A stretch of DNA of 64,000 nucleotides from Anthoceros angustus (Eukaryota; Plantae; Anthocerotophyta): NCBI GenBank assembly GCA_010909165.1, contig MU008181.1, positions 806,001 to 870,000 on the forward strand, in the 5' to 3' direction. The notes below the pieces were generated by a model. That model worked only from the letters and a program-made list of their open reading frames with translations, was not told the DNA's origin and searched no databases. The position numbers and the translations under genes were made by a program. Position 1 is the stretch's first letter. Each line of letters begins with the position of its first letter. This document shows, piece after piece, positions 60,401-64,000 of this stretch.

Positions 60401-62498
60401 CTCTGGTGGCTGCTCTTGTATTTTTACTGCCGAGGCGATGCACTACAGCACCCAAGAAGCTTGTTGGTATGACGTTCATTTATTCAGGCTGGGCATTGAC
60501 GATCAGAACAGCTGGTGTTGGCTTTTTTGTCCTCTTACATGCCTGCAGTCTTTTCTCAAACAGCTTCATCGGTATGTTGAATCCAACCAGTCTCCTTTCT
60601 GGCAACTGGATGCATACGTAATTCCAGTTTTGTAATTTATCTGTGTCCCCATTGCTGGTGTGTAGTTAGTGAATGGAATGTAATAAGTTTCTTCCTGGCT
60701 TCCACTGGTGTTCTGTACCTTCGGCAAAGTTTGCAGGATCGATCGAAATCTCTTGAGGTATCTGCCTGCACTTACTTCTGCTACACGTTCACTTGCTAAC
60801 TTCCTGCATTTTTTTTCACTTTGGTGGCATTTGTGCAAATGTAACTTTTCTGTTTGGCAGGCTGTTTCCTTTCTTGTGTCGAATTTTAGTCTCATAGCGG
60901 TTGGACTTTTGGGGACACTGAAAGAAACAACTGTGGCAAACAGCATATCATCGTACTTTGATGTCTGGAAGCACTTAGCTGGAGTCCTATTGTGGACTTC
61001 TGGCCCAGCGTGCCTTGTTCTGTTCATCCTTACACTGCTAATGCGACGACTTGGAGTGTATTATCAAGCACAGTCAAGATGTACCTGGTTGGTACTTGGA
61101 GTTCTAGCACCTGCAAGCTATGCTCTTGTAGCCTTGTACTGGCTAATCACAGATGTCAAGGGTTCTCTGTCATCTGTCGACGGTGGATATGGTGGCTTGT
61201 CAGCCGAGAGAGTGAACGAGATGGCTCGACTTCAGCTGCCTCGGATGGTTTTTATGATTTCTGGAGTAATTACTCTGTACACTATACTTCAAAGTTTGGC
61301 GAAATCCACTGTGGATCACGCAGTTTGGCAGGAAGGGGTCCACGAAGCAGTCACAACTCTGCTTGTCGGCTGGAGTGGAACATTCATACTCCTCATTGGA
61401 AAGAGAGGACCAGCAATCATTATGTTTGCATGTCTGCAAGGTCAGTTCTTAAGTTGTCTGCAGTCCCATGAGGTCGGCTAACAGACCTATGCATCTGAAT
61501 ATGTCTGTAATGTGCGGTTGCTGCAGCATGGTGCCTGCGGGAAATGCATAGGGGACCTCTTGGTAGTCAAACTAGGCCTCCCGCCACTATGATGGTGGAC
61601 TGGAACTTCATCGCTGTGCACCTTTTTTTTTGCACTGGACACAGGTATAGGTTTTCTTTCAGGTTGTATTGCTCAGGTCGCAAAACTCACTCGTTGTTAT
61701 GCTAAGACGTACTGCTGACACAGGTGTACTTTTGACGGCCTGAACTATGCAGCTGCGTTCATGGGGTGAGAGCACATCCTTTGCTGGCATTCTGTCAATT
61801 GCTATAGAGGCTAGTTTGAAAAAATTTTGATATCAAAAGTTTGTCTGCTAGTCTGCGATGCTGACATCTCGGCTCTGCAGGTTTAACGACTTCAACTTCT
61901 TCCGGCAAGGGGTTTTACTTGCCCTCGACACCTTTGGCACATCTCACCTGCTGCCTGTAATGGCAATCCCTTTGCTGATTGTAGATGACAAACTCCATAA
62001 TAAAAAATTGATGGATTCGAAAAATGACCCAGGCAGAAACACGCATTTTCTGCTGAAAACAGCAAAGGTGAGCTGTTCGTCTAAGGAATCAGGAGCCAGA
62101 TAAATTTGAAGCTTCTGTTAGCCATACCTTTCTTAGCTGTGCTGGAGTGCCCACTGCCTAATCAGTTTCTGATGCTGCAGCTATATCTTTCCTATGGACT
62201 CATTCAATCCATTACCACAACGGCATCAGTCCTGTGTGCTGCTCTGCAAAGGCGCCATCTCATGGTATGATTCCCTAGTATTCCATGCAATCCTTCCTAA
62301 TGGAGCTCATCAGCTGGAAAGGAATATCTGCTGATAATTGCCATGTGTTTGCAGGTGTGGGGCCTGTTCGCACCGAAATATGTCTTTGATGCTGTGGGCT
62401 TGATAGTGACTGACGTTTGCATTCTGCTGGGAGCGCTGGTAGTCGTATGCTGCAAACCAACGAGCTCTAGTCGTAAATCGGTGAAAATAAACCACTGA
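57450..62498 (+). CDS. PIGO: GPI ethanolamine phosphate transferase 3 (PIG-O/Gpi13), multi-exon
   Basis: [106 protein letters not shown]. Confidence 0.93.
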
Positions 62499-63569
62499 TG
62501 TATGCACATATTTTGAGATGTGCCGTCCTTATCAAGGAAGAAGAGTATCGACACCCGCAAATAGAGTCGCCGGGCTCATTGTGCCTGAAGTCAGGATGCC
62601 GGGGACTCTTTCTTTATCCTGCCTTGATGTCCCAACATGGATTTGAGTCTGAAATGAGTTGGTCCTGCCTCTCACTCTCAGGATGCCGGCCTGATGTCCC
62701 AGCAGTGATTTGCGTCTGAAATGAGCTGCTCCTGTCAATGTTGTTGTTGTGGGAGAGACGAGCTTGAATTTCATCTAAAGTCGTAACGGAAGGCAGATGT
62801 ATAATTGTTGAAAGTAAGGTAGGTACAGACGAACCTGGTCACCATTCTTGGAAACTCTGGTTTCTGTAGAGTGGAAGGCTTTTATCCTTGAAAGGCATAT
62901 ATGTAGGTATGACGATCCAAGCTGCCGTTCATACAGGTGATCAGATCGTCCACTTGCTAGTATGTGTACAACATCATCGTCATTTTACCCATTCCATTTT
63001 TAATGCCAAATTTCATATTTTAAAGGAAAAATTTATAGGGAGGAGAGCTATAAGCTCCCTGGTTGTCCAGAAAAAATCAATACTTGTATTCCGAAGTCAA
63101 GGCAACAAAATGGAATCGGACCCTAACTCCCCACAGACAAGGGAAAACTTTAAACTGCTCAAGATTCGTTCCACTCCGGAATGTTGAGCCTCCTCCAGCT
63201 CGGGCCTTTTATTCTTGTTATTTAGTCGGTGCTCCAGTTAAGTGGGTATGTAAGATGAAGTGAAACACTAGTGTCTTAATTATCCTAGTGTCTTAATATG
63301 ACTAGTGTCTTAATTAATATCTAATGATAAATAATACTTCTTAACATATCCACCTATTCTTATTTATGCTTGCATATTTACTCCGTAGTTGCGTCCATAT
63401 CCTCGTTCGTATTGCCTGTTACACTTCATGCATGTACATTGAAAATTTTTTAAACGCACTAATTTGATCTTCACTCTGCACATGGTAATTTTTGCCCTCT
63501 AGTGTAACTTACTGCTGGTATTTCGATAAGAAGCAAATGTAGAGGCCTTTCACCCTCTAGTGTTGCTAA

Positions 63570-63800
63570 TTACTCCAATCTTTGCGACACCATCTTTGCT
63601 ATCGACCAAGGCTGTACATTGTGATCTGTGAAAGGTGTCATATTTTTGCTCATTCAATTTGAAACATACATTCAAATGGTTGAGGGAATGGGTTACTTAT
63701 TTGATAAAGGCAATGATTCAAACCCGTGAAAGCTAAAACCTGGGCACACGTGAACATCCTCGTAAACCAAAATGGCAAAGGAATGATGCATAGGCTATGA
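63570..63800 (+). mobile_element. Possible highly decayed hAT transposase dimerization-domain remnant
   Basis: Fragmentary TP-L...LAI...CER...FE-IHS...N-L pattern across frames; weak. Confidence 0.25.
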
Positions 63801-64000
63801 CCACAGCTGCCAGGTGCTTACTCAAGCGCTTGACGAGGCAGGAGTTGGGGAGAACGAAGATGCCACGTCCATGAGTAAGAACGATGGTTTTGATGACCCG
63901 GAAGTGGAGCGCATGTGGAACTTAGAAGTGGTCATACATTCAGTGTTGGCTCAAGGCCCCGATGAGTTACAGATTAGTCCCCATGGCGGACCATTCGCTG

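Overview
Gene-dense eukaryotic nuclear DNA from a seed-free land plant. Introns of about 70-120 bp, very short intergenic spacers and DYW:KP-type PPR genes point to a hornwort-like genome (inference). 1-8 kb: a retrotransposon 3' fragment with a restriction-like endonuclease (RLE), then a thylakoid/PSI micro-cluster: tRNA-Ser(UGA), psaF, tRNA-Ser(CGA), a CAAD/CURT1-like protein with a novel repeated coiled-coil tail, and Lhca5 head-to-head with it. 11.1-32.0 kb: a Copia-type LTR element (GAAGA TSD, iMet PBS) encoding only gag and protease, carrying a degenerate chromodomain Ty3/Gypsy element and other cargo. Several indel-rich tandem duplications here and at 33-36.5 kb look like assembly artefacts. 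32-64 kb: a small TIR element, V-ATPase subunit E (one partial and one complete copy), a multi-exon cyanobacterial-type 'F420-0:gamma-glutamyl ligase' family gene with a transit peptide and acidic repeat tail, a second RLE fragment, a DYW remnant, a GNA-type lectin, two tandem intronless PLS-PPR DYW:KP genes (candidate U-to-C editors ending DRN and DWH), TTC5 and PIG-O. All family calls rest on motif recognition by eye; no searches were run.
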